DNA from: Phycisphaerales bacterium
GTDB lineage: Bacteria > Planctomycetota > Phycisphaerae > UBA1845 > PWPN01
Length of the DNA: 47,352 nucleotides
Reading direction: 5' to 3'
NCBI GenBank assembly: GCA_012729595.1
Contig: JAAYCU010000129.1
Coordinates: forward strand, 1-47,352
Below the pieces are notes generated by a model that saw nothing but the letters and a program-made list of their open reading frames with translations, was not told the origin of the DNA and searched no databases. Within the stretch, counting starts at the first letter, position 1; each line of letters begins with the position of its first letter. This document shows positions 18,315 through 27,584 of the stretch, piece by piece. The position numbers and the translations under genes are program-made.

Positions 18315-18900
18315 CTCCGTCACCTTGTCTCCCCCATACCCTCTCCCGTTCCGCCCACGCTTACGCACCCGGACCGCCCCAACGTGTTTTATAAATGACC
18401 ATTCGCCGGCACCCGTTCCGCGCGCTGGGGGAAACATGACGCCGCATGGAACCGAGTATTCGCTATGGCCCACGAAACGAGCCAACCACTCAATAAAATA
18501 TTCCCCCTTTCGAATCTCAAAAATCCCGCCGGGTCTCGACGCTGCTCCCGATCTCGCCTTCGGATCAGGATGGGAATATAAAAAAGCGCCAAACGAACCC
18601 AAATGGCTAATCGTGCATAACGCCATTTATATTAAGAAGATATGGGTGATGCAGTGGCTCCTGAACACCTCGGAAAGCCTGGCCGGGTCGGGTTTCCCCC
18701 TTCACTATCCACCCCTGAATCTCCCTCCCTCGGTTCGCCCGTCCATTCATTGCTGGTGGATTTGCCGTGTACGTGCCTTTTTGGTACATTACCAAGTCTG
18801 TAAATATGCTCCGGCCCGGATTCCACTGTTGAGGGGAATGAGTTACTCCTTGCGGCGGGGTCGCGGGTTGGTTGTTGTTCTTCTAAGGGAGCCATCTGAA

Positions 18901-19164
18901 ATGGCAGTACGTATTCGTTTGAAACGCATTGGGTGTCGCCATCGGTCGGCTTACCGCGTGGCCGCAATGGACATTCGACGGGCTCGCGATGGGCGGGTAC
19001 TCGAGGAGCTGGGGTATTACGATCCCTGCAACGCCAATCCTGACCTGCGGATCAAGCTCAACCAGGAGCGGATCGCGCATTGGCTTGGGGTTGGGGCCAC
19101 GCCGTCGGATACCGTTCGCAACCTGCTGAAGAAAACCGGCACGGCTGCGGGGGCGAAAGGCTGA
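18901..19164 (+). CDS. rpsP: 30S ribosomal protein S16
   Basis: MAVRIRLKRIG...RDGRVLEELGYYDP...WLGVGATPSDTV; ATG at 18901. Confidence 0.97.
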   Translation: MAVRIRLKRIGCRHRSAYRVAAMDIRRARDGRVLEELGYYDPCNANPDLRIKLNQERIAHWLGVGATPSDTVRNLLKKTGTAAGAKG

Positions 19165-19173
19165 GACAGCGTT

Positions 19174-19893
19174 GTGCGGATCGACGTTCTGACCCTGTTT
19201 CCCGAAGCGCTGGACCCGTTTTTCTCGGCCAGCATCATCGGGCGGGCTCAGACGGCCGGCTGCGTGTCGATCCGTTCAACAAACATCCGCGATTTCGCCT
19301 TGGACGCCCGCGGGACCGTGGATGATCGGCCGTTCGGCGGTGGGCCGGGCATGGTACTGATGTGCCAGCCGCTCTTCGACGCGGTCGAGAAACTGGAGAC
19401 GGAAGAGCCGGTGCCGGCCACCCGGATTCTGCTGACTCCCCAGGGTGAACCCCTGAACCAGGCCCTCTGCCGCGAGCTGGCGGCCTTGCCGCGCTTGTTG
19501 GTTATTTGCGGCCACTACGAGGGATTCGACGAGCGGATCAGGCTGGGTTTGCGCCCTCGGGAAATATCCATCGGCGATTACGTGTTGTCCGGCGGTGAGG
19601 CGGCGGCCATGGTCCTGATCGACGCGGTGGTGAGGCTGCTGCCGGGCGCCTTGGGTGACGAGGAGTCCTGCAACGACGAGTCCTTCTCCCACGGGTTGCT
19701 GGAATATCCGCAATACACCCGACCCCGGGTGTTTCGCGAAATGGACGTGCCCGACATATTGCTCTCCGGCGACCACGCCAGGATCGAGCAATGGCGACGT
19801 GAGCAGGCTGTCGAGCGGACGGCAAGACGCCGGCCCGACCTGCTCGATAAATGGAAACAAGACAAGGTTGACGATTCATCCATGAAGGAGTGA
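19174..19893 (+). CDS. trmD: tRNA (guanine-N1)-methyltransferase
   Basis: [51 protein letters not shown]. Confidence 0.97.
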   Translation: MRIDVLTLFPEALDPFFSASIIGRAQTAGCVSIRSTNIRDFALDARGTVDDRPFGGGPGMVLMCQPLFDAVEKLETEEPVPATRILLTPQGEPLNQALCRELAALPRLLVICGHYEGFDERIRLGLRPREISIGDYVLSGGEAAAMVLIDAVVRLLPGALGDEESCNDESFSHGLLEYPQYTRPRVFREMDVPDILLSGDHARIEQWRREQAVERTARRRPDLLDKWKQDKVDDSSMKE

Positions 19894-19897
19894 CGAT

Positions 19898-20308
19898 ATG
19901 ATCCACCACCTGATCGAGGCGGTTGAGCAAACCAGCAAAAAGTCGGATGTTCCGAAGTTCAATATCGGCGATACCGTCACCGTCAAGGTGCGGATCATCG
20001 AAGGTGACAAGCAGCGCGTGCAGCCCTATACCGGCGTGGTCATCGCCCGCCGGGGCCGAGGTCTGGGCGAGACTTTCACCGTGCGCCGGATCGTCAACAA
20101 TGAGGGCGTGGAGCGTGTCTTCCCCCTGCATTCCCCCAAGATCGCCGGTGTTGAGGTCGTCCGCGGCGGGCACGTGCGGCGGGCCAAGCTCTATTATCTC
20201 CGCGATCGCGTGGGCAAGGCCCAGCGCTTACGCGAAAAACGCCGCGGTCTCGGCAAGTCTGCGGGCAAGAAAAGCAAGACCGCCGAGCCTGTCGCCAGCG
20301 AGGCTTGA
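19898..20308 (+). CDS. rplS: 50S ribosomal protein L19
   Basis: [40 protein letters not shown]. Confidence 0.97.
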   Translation: MIHHLIEAVEQTSKKSDVPKFNIGDTVTVKVRIIEGDKQRVQPYTGVVIARRGRGLGETFTVRRIVNNEGVERVFPLHSPKIAGVEVVRGGHVRRAKLYYLRDRVGKAQRLREKRRGLGKSAGKKSKTAEPVASEA

Positions 20309-20404
20309 TCTCGCTCTCCGCGACAGGGTGGGGCAACGATGCGGAGGCCGGCAATCTGTCCGCGTTCCGTATCACCCACCGCTTCATGATCGGGGACCGT
20401 TTTC

Positions 20405-20773
20405 ATGGACGATCGCGCCGTTCTGGGACGCAAGGGAGAAAGACTCGCCTTGCGGTTCCTGCGCCGCAAGGGCTGTAAACTGGTCACGCGAAATTACCGT
20501 TGTGCCGGCGGAGAGCTCGATCTGGTGCTTCTGGACGACGAAGTGGTGGTTTTCGTCGAGGTTAAAACCCGCACCGGCCGCACCCATGCCGACCCCGAGG
20601 ACGCGGTTAACCTGCCCAAGCGGCAACGTATAATTCGGGCCGCCCGCTACTTCCTGCAACAGACGGATTCCTTCGATCGTATGTTTCGTTTCGATATAGT
20701 CGCGATTACCCGTGAGGACGACGGGGAACTGGCGGTCGAACATTTTATCGACGCCTTCGAACCGGCGGATTGA
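20405..20773 (+). CDS. yraN: YraN (UPF0102) family protein
   Basis: LGRKGERLA, RNYRCAGGELDLV, VFVEVKTR, RFDIVAI. Confidence 0.92.
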   Translation: MDDRAVLGRKGERLALRFLRRKGCKLVTRNYRCAGGELDLVLLDDEVVVFVEVKTRTGRTHADPEDAVNLPKRQRIIRAARYFLQQTDSFDRMFRFDIVAITREDDGELAVEHFIDAFEPAD

Positions 20774-20778
20774 CACCC

Positions 20779-21558
20779 ATGCCAGCCGAACTATTCGATA
20801 CCCACTGTCACTTGACCTTCAAGGAACTGTTGCCCGAGAGCGACTCGGTTATCACTACGGCCGCGTCCGTTGGCGTCACCCGCATCCTCACCGTGGCCTG
20901 CCATGCCGAGGAGATAGCGGCCGCCGAGGCCCTGGCCGAGCGACACCCGGGCATCCGGTTGGCCGGCGGCGTCCATCCGCATGAGGCCCGTTCCGCCGAT
21001 GACGAAGTGTTGAGCCGTTGGGCCGCCTTCTGGCGGACGGCCGGGGTCGTCGCCGCTGGCGAAATGGGCCTCGATTATCATTACGATTTCAGTCCGCGAG
21101 CGGTACAGCAGGAGGTTTTCCAGTGCCAACTGGACCTGGCCCGCGAGGCCGACCTGCCGGTCATTGTTCATTGCCGCGAGGCCCACGCCGACGTGGTCCG
21201 TATCCTTGCCGAGCAGGGTTATGTCGACCGCGCGGTCGTCTTCCACTGTTTCAGCGGTAGCCTGGCCGAGGCCCGCGAGTTGTGGGCCAACGGCTGGTGG
21301 ACCTCTTTTACCGGCGTGATCACCTTCAAGAACGCCGACGCTTCGCGCCAGGTGTGTGCCCAGGCCCCGGCGGATCGGTTGATGTTCGAGACGGACGCGC
21401 CTTACCTTTCCCCCGAGCCGATGCGGAAGGTCCGACCGAATACCCCGGCCTTGATGATCCACACGGTGCGCTTGGCCGCCGTTTTGCGCGGTTGCACGTT
21501 CGATGAACTGGCCGAAAACAGCACCACCAACGCACTGGGGTTCTTTCGTATCAGGTAG
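20779..21558 (+). CDS. tatD: TatD family hydrolase/DNase
   Basis: DTHCHL, GVHPH, GEMGLDYHY, VHCREA, HCFSG, FETDAPYLSP. Confidence 0.94.
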   Translation: MPAELFDTHCHLTFKELLPESDSVITTAASVGVTRILTVACHAEEIAAAEALAERHPGIRLAGGVHPHEARSADDEVLSRWAAFWRTAGVVAAGEMGLDYHYDFSPRAVQQEVFQCQLDLAREADLPVIVHCREAHADVVRILAEQGYVDRAVVFHCFSGSLAEARELWANGWWTSFTGVITFKNADASRQVCAQAPADRLMFETDAPYLSPEPMRKVRPNTPALMIHTVRLAAVLRGCTFDELAENSTTNALGFFRIR

Positions 21559-21606
21559 CCCGACGACCTGCTTGTGCGACCATCGCGGACGCTGAAAAAT
21601 GCGCGC

Positions 21607-21658
21607 AAAAAGTCGCCCGCGCTTTGGGGGAGGTTAGAGTCGCGGAGAGCGCGGGCGA
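21607..21658 (-). terminator. Intrinsic-terminator-like hairpin, minus-strand orientation
   Basis: 11-bp stem tcgcccgcgct (21613-21623) / agcgcgggcga (21648-21658), followed on the minus strand by CTTTTT. The loop is long (24 nt). Confidence 0.55.
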
Positions 21659-21882
21659 AAGGGAATGGACTGTTTATGAATACAACAAGCACGACCGGCA
21701 GAGCCGATCGCCCAGACATGGTCCTAAAACCAAAACATTCCTCCAGAATATTACGGCCGGCCAGGCCGTTGATAGGCTCTATTTGCCTCGGTTACACATG
21801 CTCGGCCGACCCAGATTTGACCCCTTGGGGGCGGCGGAACGGCAATGATTCCAAACACTACCCTACGTATAACACGACAGTA

Positions 21883-21911
21883 AGTCTAACCGTTGGCATC
21901 GGTATTTTCAA
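21883..21911 (-). promoter_or_regulatory. Sigma70-like promoter, minus strand
   Basis: TTGAAA (21911-21906), 17 nt, TAGACT (21888-21883), with an AT-rich tract upstream. Confidence 0.45.
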
Positions 21912-22203
21912 TCGTAATTCTTATAAACAGATAAGTATATTTTTGCCATGAATAAGTATTATTCATTTACAATAAATAGCTAAGCCCCTAAATTGACAAT
22001 AATGTTCGTATACACAACAAGATCGTATAATGGGCAATATGGATAATCATGAGACGAGAAGCCGTTTTGGTTGGCATGACGTTTGGCCGTCATCGCGGAA
22101 TGATTCCGGTTCTATTGTAATTTGGCAGAACCGTTTATTCACGGTCCAGCCCATTCGCTTGGGACCCGGGGAGATTGTAGATATTTGTGGTTGTCGCAAG
22201 ATT

Positions 22204-22212
22204 TGTTATGAT
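22204..22212 (+). promoter_or_regulatory. Extended -10 element (TGnTATGAT) upstream of uORF-secDF
   Basis: tgttatgat about 30 nt before the uORF start. No clean -35. Confidence 0.35.
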
Positions 22213-22244
22213 CGGGCACCTCGAAACTTGTCGATCAGGAGCTG

Positions 22245-22667
22245 ATGAGCATGTCCTGGTTTAGAGTCTGGGCTTTTCTGTGCTTGCTGCTGGGAACGTC
22301 GGCCTTGCCGGCGATCAGCCGGAGTGCGTCTGCACAACCGCCCATGGCTTATGACCGGGCCGAGTCTGTGCCGACAGAATCGGCGTCCGAAGGCCAGCCA
22401 CCGATTGATGCGGACAACGAAGAAAAGTCTTCCGCATGCTTCTGCGTTCCGCAGGTTGACGTATGGGACGGCCCGACGACCCGGCTGACGTTGACAGGGG
22501 CGGGTCAAGTATTGATACCGACCTTGATGGGGATCCATGCGGATTGCCCATCAACCCTGCCGAACGGGGGTCGGCATTTTATTACCGTCTGTCGTTTTCC
22601 GACCGGGCCAACCGCCCGCTACTGGCTGGCCAATCGCTACCCTCATGCACCTCCGGGACAGGTTTAG
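22245..22667 (+). CDS. Secreted upstream ORF ending in HAPP; candidate translation-arrest monitoring peptide for secDF
   Basis: SD AGGAG before ATG, signal peptide ending ASA, low-complexity spacer, C-terminus RYWLANRYPHAPPGQV*. Lies 205 nt upstream of secDF. Confidence 0.7.
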   Translation: MSMSWFRVWAFLCLLLGTSALPAISRSASAQPPMAYDRAESVPTESASEGQPPIDADNEEKSSACFCVPQVDVWDGPTTRLTLTGAGQVLIPTLMGIHADCPSTLPNGGRHFITVCRFPTGPTARYWLANRYPHAPPGQV

Positions 22668-22872
22668 GAATCCGGCGAACCGATCGGATTCTCTGGCCGC
22701 CGGGCCCGCGAGCGGAGGTGTTCATTCTATTGTTGCACCAGTTCGCAAAGGGCTACGCGGTTGTAGTCGGTCAAAAACTCAAATACGCATATTTACGGGT
22801 GATAGCGACACGTTCGGGTTTAGATTCATAATGAATTTCGTTAGTTGGTCGTTTTTTCAGTGAGGAACAGTC

Positions 22873-25800
22873 ATGGGCGAGAAGAACCTTTGGTGGAAAG
22901 TCCTTTTGATTTTCGTGCTGGTCGGCATGTGTGCTTGGCAACTCTATCCGGTCGATCAGAAGCTGCGGGGTGGTATCGACTTGGTCGGCGGTTATAGCCT
23001 GTTATTTGAAATCGACGAAAGCGATATGGGTAGCGAGGAAAGACAGAACCTGGCCGAGCGGGTGATGACCGTACTCAAGCAGCGGGTGGATCCGCAGGGC
23101 AATCGCAACCTCGTGTGGCGTCCGATCGGGCAGAACCGTCTGGAAATACAGATGCCTCGCCCTATGGGAGACGTGCAGGGGCCGCGCGATGCCTTTGAGA
23201 AGGCCCGTACGCAACTTGCGGCCAGCAATATCACCGCGGCGCAGATTCGGGCGGTTATGAATATGCCTTTAGAGCAGCAGGGTGAGGCCTTCGCCGGGCT
23301 GGTACGTGATGTCAGCCGACGCCAGAGTCTCTTCGATGGGCTGGTCGAGAACCAGAAACAATACGAGGAAATCCGGCAGCAGGTCGAGCGGCCCGCAGCC
23401 ACTGACCCGGCTGTGGAAGCGGAAGCAGAGGCGGACTCGGAGACACCGCCGGCCACCCAGCGGATCGATGCCGATCAATATCAGAAGCTTGATCGCTTGC
23501 TGGAGGAACGCCGTGGATTAATTGCTCAGATATTGCAGACCAATATTGCCATGGACCGGTTGGAGGATTTGCTGGCCCTCGATCCGAAATCCACGCTTCG
23601 CAAGGAGGGCCTGGAGGAGCTTTTCGAGCAGCATCCGAACCTGGCCTCTCGGATTGAAACCCTGGCGACCGCGTATGACGCCTATTCCAAGAACAAAGGG
23701 ATGCTGGATGATCCTTCGGACCTGATGCGCATGCTCCGGGGGGCCGGCGTGTTGGAGTTCCGTATTCTGGCCATGCGGGATTCGCGTTCGCCGAATATGC
23801 TGGAGTCCTCACAGCCGCAGTATAACGAGTCGGTTGACCGCTACGTCGAGCAATTGGCTAAATACGGTCCGCGCTTACAGGCTGGGGACAATTACCAGTG
23901 GTTCAGGACTTCCGATCCAAACGACGACAGTTGGAAGTATCCCGGTTACATAGTTCAGGAATACATGGGTCACCCTTACGTACTGGCATTTTCGAACCAT
24001 GCGAGCGATATGGTATTGATGAATGATCGGACATGGTCGCTGAAGAGTGCCCGTCCCAGCCGCGATCAGATGGGAAGACTGGCCATAAGTTTCGCTCTGG
24101 ATCCGCGGGGTGGAAACCGATTCGGGGCCATGACCGGAAACAATATTGATCGGCCTTTGTGTATTTTCCTGGACAATCAAGCCATCTCGGCCGCGACGAT
24201 CCGAAGTCAGATTTATGATCGTGGGGAAATCACGGGGAACTTCTCGCCGGATTACGTTAATTATATGGTAAGCACGCTGGAGGCGGGGGTCTTGCCGGCC
24301 CGGCTGCGGGAAGTGCCCTTGCAGGAAAAGAACATCGGCCCCTCGCTGGGCCAGACCAACCGAGAGAAAGGCACGCGGGCGGTTATGATCGCTTTCGCAG
24401 CCACCGTGGCCTTCATGATTCTCTACTACGCTTATTGTGGGATGATCGCGGACATCGCGCTATTGATGAATCTGGTGCTTACCTTGGGAATCATGTCGTT
24501 TCTTCAGGCGACCTTTACCCTGCCGGGTATCGCGGGCCTGATCCTAACCTTGGGTATGGCCGTGGACGCCAACGTGCTGATTAACGAACGCATCCGAGAG
24601 GAGCTGGGGCGTGGTATTTCCGTGCGTATGGCGGTCAAGCTGGGTTACGAGAAAGCCTTCAGCGCGATTCTCGACTCGAACGTGACCACGATCATGACCG
24701 CGGTGATCCTGGCCTCGCTGGGCAGCGAGGAAATCAAGGGGTTCGGGATGACCCTGGGGATTGGTTTGGTTACCAGCATGTTCACCGCTCTGTTCGTGAC
24801 CCGGCAGTTTTTCCACGTCATGGTGCCGACGACGTTGAAATCGACGGAAACGCGGAAGGCCTGGCTGACGGCGGGGATCATGGGTCTGGTCTGCGGGTTC
24901 TTCCTGGCGCTCGGGGCCCTGTTCAATGCTCCGGCGGAGCGGGTCGATTCGACTCTGTGGCAGTTGGGCCGCTTCCTGCTGTGGCTGTTCGGCACGGCGG
25001 TGGTCTTGCTCGTGGCGATGTGGGTGTTCCGGTTTTTTTATTACGCGACGGGACGTCAGAAGAACAACCGCCTGTCCATGATGAAGTTGCTGAGCAAGAC
25101 GAGCGTCAACTGGATGGCCAAGTACCGCGCGTTCTGGGCGGTTTCGGCCGTGGTCATCGTGGGGGGCATCATCCTGGAATTGCGGGTGAATTACGAGGAT
25201 TACCTGGACATCGAGTTTATCGGGGGCACCAGCGTGCAGGTGCAATTGAAGGACACGCCTGAATTGCGGGAGGAATTCCGCGTGCAGGCCGACGAGAAAC
25301 TACTGAGCGATTACATCGGCACCAGTCCGGGGGAGAGCAATCCGGAGTTGGCGACGGGCTGGCTGCGTCAGGCGGCGGACCTGCTGGATCAAGCGGAGAT
25401 CAAGGATTTGGGTAAGGGACGCTATCAGATTGGTTTGCCCGGAGATTTAAGCACGTCTCAAATCCGCGGCTTGTTGTTAACCCCGCGATTGGAGGCTGGC
25501 ATTGCACGCGATGGGATCTCCGATATGCCGGGCGGCGTGTACGTTCAATTCGGAGAACGGGATCCATCTCATGCGGTGTGTAACCTGGTCGAGCAGCTAG
25601 CGCGGTTGGCGAGCGAGGGACGAATCGAGGATGCTCGCCGCGAAGCCCAGAACCAGAAAGAACTATTGGGTCGGTATCCGGAAGGTCAGCAGATACAGGC
25701 CTTAGTGCAGGATAAGAAGCTACAGGGTCCGGAACTGGCGGCGGGCCTGACGGAGCTTGGTACACGGCTTGAAAATTGGCCGGCCGAAACGGTCAAGGAG

Positions 25801-27183
25801 CGAATCGCCGAAGCTGCGGCCATGGCCCGTTCAGCGGCGGAACGGTTGCGACTGGCCCGGGTGCAGATGGTCGAGTCAGATACGCCAGACGGACAACCCT
25901 CGTTCGAGATCATTTGTACCGAGCCGAATAAGAATCTCGTGGCCGAAGCCCTCTTGGCCAGCATGGGCAACATTTTGCAGGTAGTCCTTCCGATTGAGGC
26001 TAATCTGGTCAAGGATATTGACAAGGCGGCGGACGGTATCTTCCCGATTCGGCCAGAGGATGATGTGCTGGGTGTAGTCGTTGGGAGCGATGACGAGCAT
26101 TCGGTAGCGGAGTTCAAAGGCGGATTCGCATTGGTCTTTGACGATCTTCGGCCGCCGCAGAGTGCCGAAGACATCGAAAAGCGGCTACGGGACATGCGCT
26201 TGCAACCGGACTTCGAGGATCTGGCTTGGCGGCAACCTCGGGTCGTGGGTCTGGAACCGGTGGCAGAGGCATCCTCTTTGGGGGGGGCCATGCTGTACAA
26301 GAAGGTAGCCATTCTGGTCAAGGACGATCAGGCGTTGTATGTAGTGGGCGAGGATAATGATGGTTGGCGCAGAATGGCGGAGCAGGAGTTGTATCTGGCT
26401 CAGGCCGCTCTGGCCAGCACGCGTTCGCTGGAGCGGGTGACGCAGTTCGCCCCGCAGGTAGCCGCCGAAACCGCCCAGAAGGCGATTATCGGCCTGATTC
26501 TCGCGTTGATCGCCATCGCGGGTTATCTGTGGATGCGGTTCGGGTCGGTGCAATTCGGCGTGGCGGGCATCATCGCCTTGTACCACGACGTGGCCGTCAC
26601 TCTGTCCGCCGTGATGGTCTGCCATCATTTGCATGATACGGCCGTCGGCCAGGCGTTGTTGTTACAGGATTTCAAGATCGACCTGACCATCATCGCCGCC
26701 ATGCTGACCATCGTCGGTTTCTCGATCAACGACACGATCGTAATTTTCGACCGGATCCGCGAGTTGCGCGGGCGGCTGGCGACGGTCTCGCCGACCCTGA
26801 TTAACACGGCCATCAACCAGACCCTGTCCCGAACCATCATCACTTCGTTCACCACTTTCATCGTGGTTTTGCTGATGTACATATTTGGCGGCGACGGGGT
26901 GCATGGTTTTGCCTTCGCGATGATCATGGGGTGCCTCAGCGGCGTGTACAGCACGATCGCGATCGCGACGCCGATGCTCCAGCACCCGCGGGCGATGTGG
27001 ATCACGACCATATTCCTCGGCTCGGTCACGGCGATCGGCATCGTGTACACGATCAGCGCCCAGTTCCCCACGATCCGGACGGTGCTGATTGGGATCGTGA
27101 TGGTGCTGGCCGCCATCGCGATTATCAAGCAGGTTGCCGGTATGCTCGCGGAAAAGGCCGGCCGCCCGGCACACGCGGCGTAA
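22873..27183 (+). CDS. secDF: Fused SecD-SecF translocase subunit, unusually large (1436 aa)
   Basis: GIDLVGG, IGPSLG, TLPGIAGLILTLGMAVDANVLINERIREE, DIEFIGGT, GFSINDTIVIFDRIRE, INQTLSRTIITS. Confidence 0.95.
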   Translation: MGEKNLWWKVLLIFVLVGMCAWQLYPVDQKLRGGIDLVGGYSLLFEIDESDMGSEERQNLAERVMTVLKQRVDPQGNRNLVWRPIGQNRLEIQMPRPMGDVQGPRDAFEKARTQLAASNITAAQIRAVMNMPLEQQGEAFAGLVRDVSRRQSLFDGLVENQKQYEEIRQQVERPAATDPAVEAEAEADSETPPATQRIDADQYQKLDRLLEERRGLIAQILQTNIAMDRLEDLLALDPKSTLRKEGLEELFEQHPNLASRIETLATAYDAYSKNKGMLDDPSDLMRMLRGAGVLEFRILAMRDSRSPNMLESSQPQYNESVDRYVEQLAKYGPRLQAGDNYQWFRTSDPNDDSWKYPGYIVQEYMGHPYVLAFSNHASDMVLMNDRTWSLKSARPSRDQMGRLAISFALDPRGGNRFGAMTGNNIDRPLCIFLDNQAISAATIRSQIYDRGEITGNFSPDYVNYMVSTLEAGVLPARLREVPLQEKNIGPSLGQTNREKGTRAVMIAFAATVAFMILYYAYCGMIADIALLMNLVLTLGIMSFLQATFTLPGIAGLILTLGMAVDANVLINERIREELGRGISVRMAVKLGYEKAFSAILDSNVTTIMTAVILASLGSEEIKGFGMTLGIGLVTSMFTALFVTRQFFHVMVPTTLKSTETRKAWLTAGIMGLVCGFFLALGALFNAPAERVDSTLWQLGRFLLWLFGTAVVLLVAMWVFRFFYYATGRQKNNRLSMMKLLSKTSVNWMAKYRAFWAVSAVVIVGGIILELRVNYEDYLDIEFIGGTSVQVQLKDTPELREEFRVQADEKLLSDYIGTSPGESNPELATGWLRQAADLLDQAEIKDLGKGRYQIGLPGDLSTSQIRGLLLTPRLEAGIARDGISDMPGGVYVQFGERDPSHAVCNLVEQLARLASEGRIEDARREAQNQKELLGRYPEGQQIQALVQDKKLQGPELAAGLTELGTRLENWPAETVKERIAEAAAMARSAAERLRLARVQMVESDTPDGQPSFEIICTEPNKNLVAEALLASMGNILQVVLPIEANLVKDIDKAADGIFPIRPEDDVLGVVVGSDDEHSVAEFKGGFALVFDDLRPPQSAEDIEKRLRDMRLQPDFEDLAWRQPRVVGLEPVAEASSLGGAMLYKKVAILVKDDQALYVVGEDNDGWRRMAEQELYLAQAALASTRSLERVTQFAPQVAAETAQKAIIGLILALIAIAGYLWMRFGSVQFGVAGIIALYHDVAVTLSAVMVCHHLHDTAVGQALLLQDFKIDLTIIAAMLTIVGFSINDTIVIFDRIRELRGRLATVSPTLINTAINQTLSRTIITSFTTFIVVLLMYIFGGDGVHGFAFAMIMGCLSGVYSTIAIATPMLQHPRAMWITTIFLGSVTAIGIVYTISAQFPTIRTVLIGIVMVLAAIAIIKQVAGMLAEKAGRPAHAA

Positions 27184-27210
27184 AGCCGATAGTTGCATAA
27201 CGGAAGGATT

Positions 27211-27242
27211 CAAAGCCCGGGGATGAAGATCCCCGGGCTTTG
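27211..27242 (+). terminator. Intrinsic terminator after secDF
   Basis: Perfect 14-bp stem caaagcccggggat / atccccgggctttg, 4-nt loop, followed by ttct. Confidence 0.85.
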
Positions 27243-27584
27243 TTCTGCGCCGGGTGGGTTATTCACCACCAAGCTCGCCAACCACGGAGATAAGACGGAG
27301 ATAAGAGAGACGGGGGAATACGCCGCTTTTCCACGGCCTACCCGCGAACTTCCAGATGCCGCACGACCAATCGAATGGCGTCGTAGGGAATCTCGCCGCC
27401 AAGTTTGTCGTAAAGGGGCCATGAGGATTCATTCACATTTCCGCGTATTTTCTGATAATATCGTTCGAGACCGGGAACCGACGATTCGGGTATACGTTCG
27501 GATTTCAGGGAGGGGCGGGCCTACAATGGATAAAACTGGCTACCGGATTCGTTTTTTTTCGAGACTTGATTGGGAAGGTGCATC

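Noticed and set aside
18475-18603. Two AAACGA(G/A)CC(C)AA motifs
   Set aside because: Only two short copies with no array structure; too weak to call.
18256-18900. 215 aa N-terminal extension of rpsP in the ORF track
   Set aside because: S16 homology begins at ATG 18901. The upstream frame starts inside a repeat and is not protein-like.
19164-19174. rimM missing between rpsP and trmD
   Set aside because: Direct rpsP-trmD-rplS order is, to my knowledge, ordinary in PVC bacteria.
21900-22050. AT-rich tract as a replication origin
   Set aside because: Only mismatched DnaA-box-like 9-mers and no dnaA/dnaN context. Better explained as a divergent promoter region. The TTGACA (21993) and TATAAT (22026) are 27 nt apart, so they are not one promoter.
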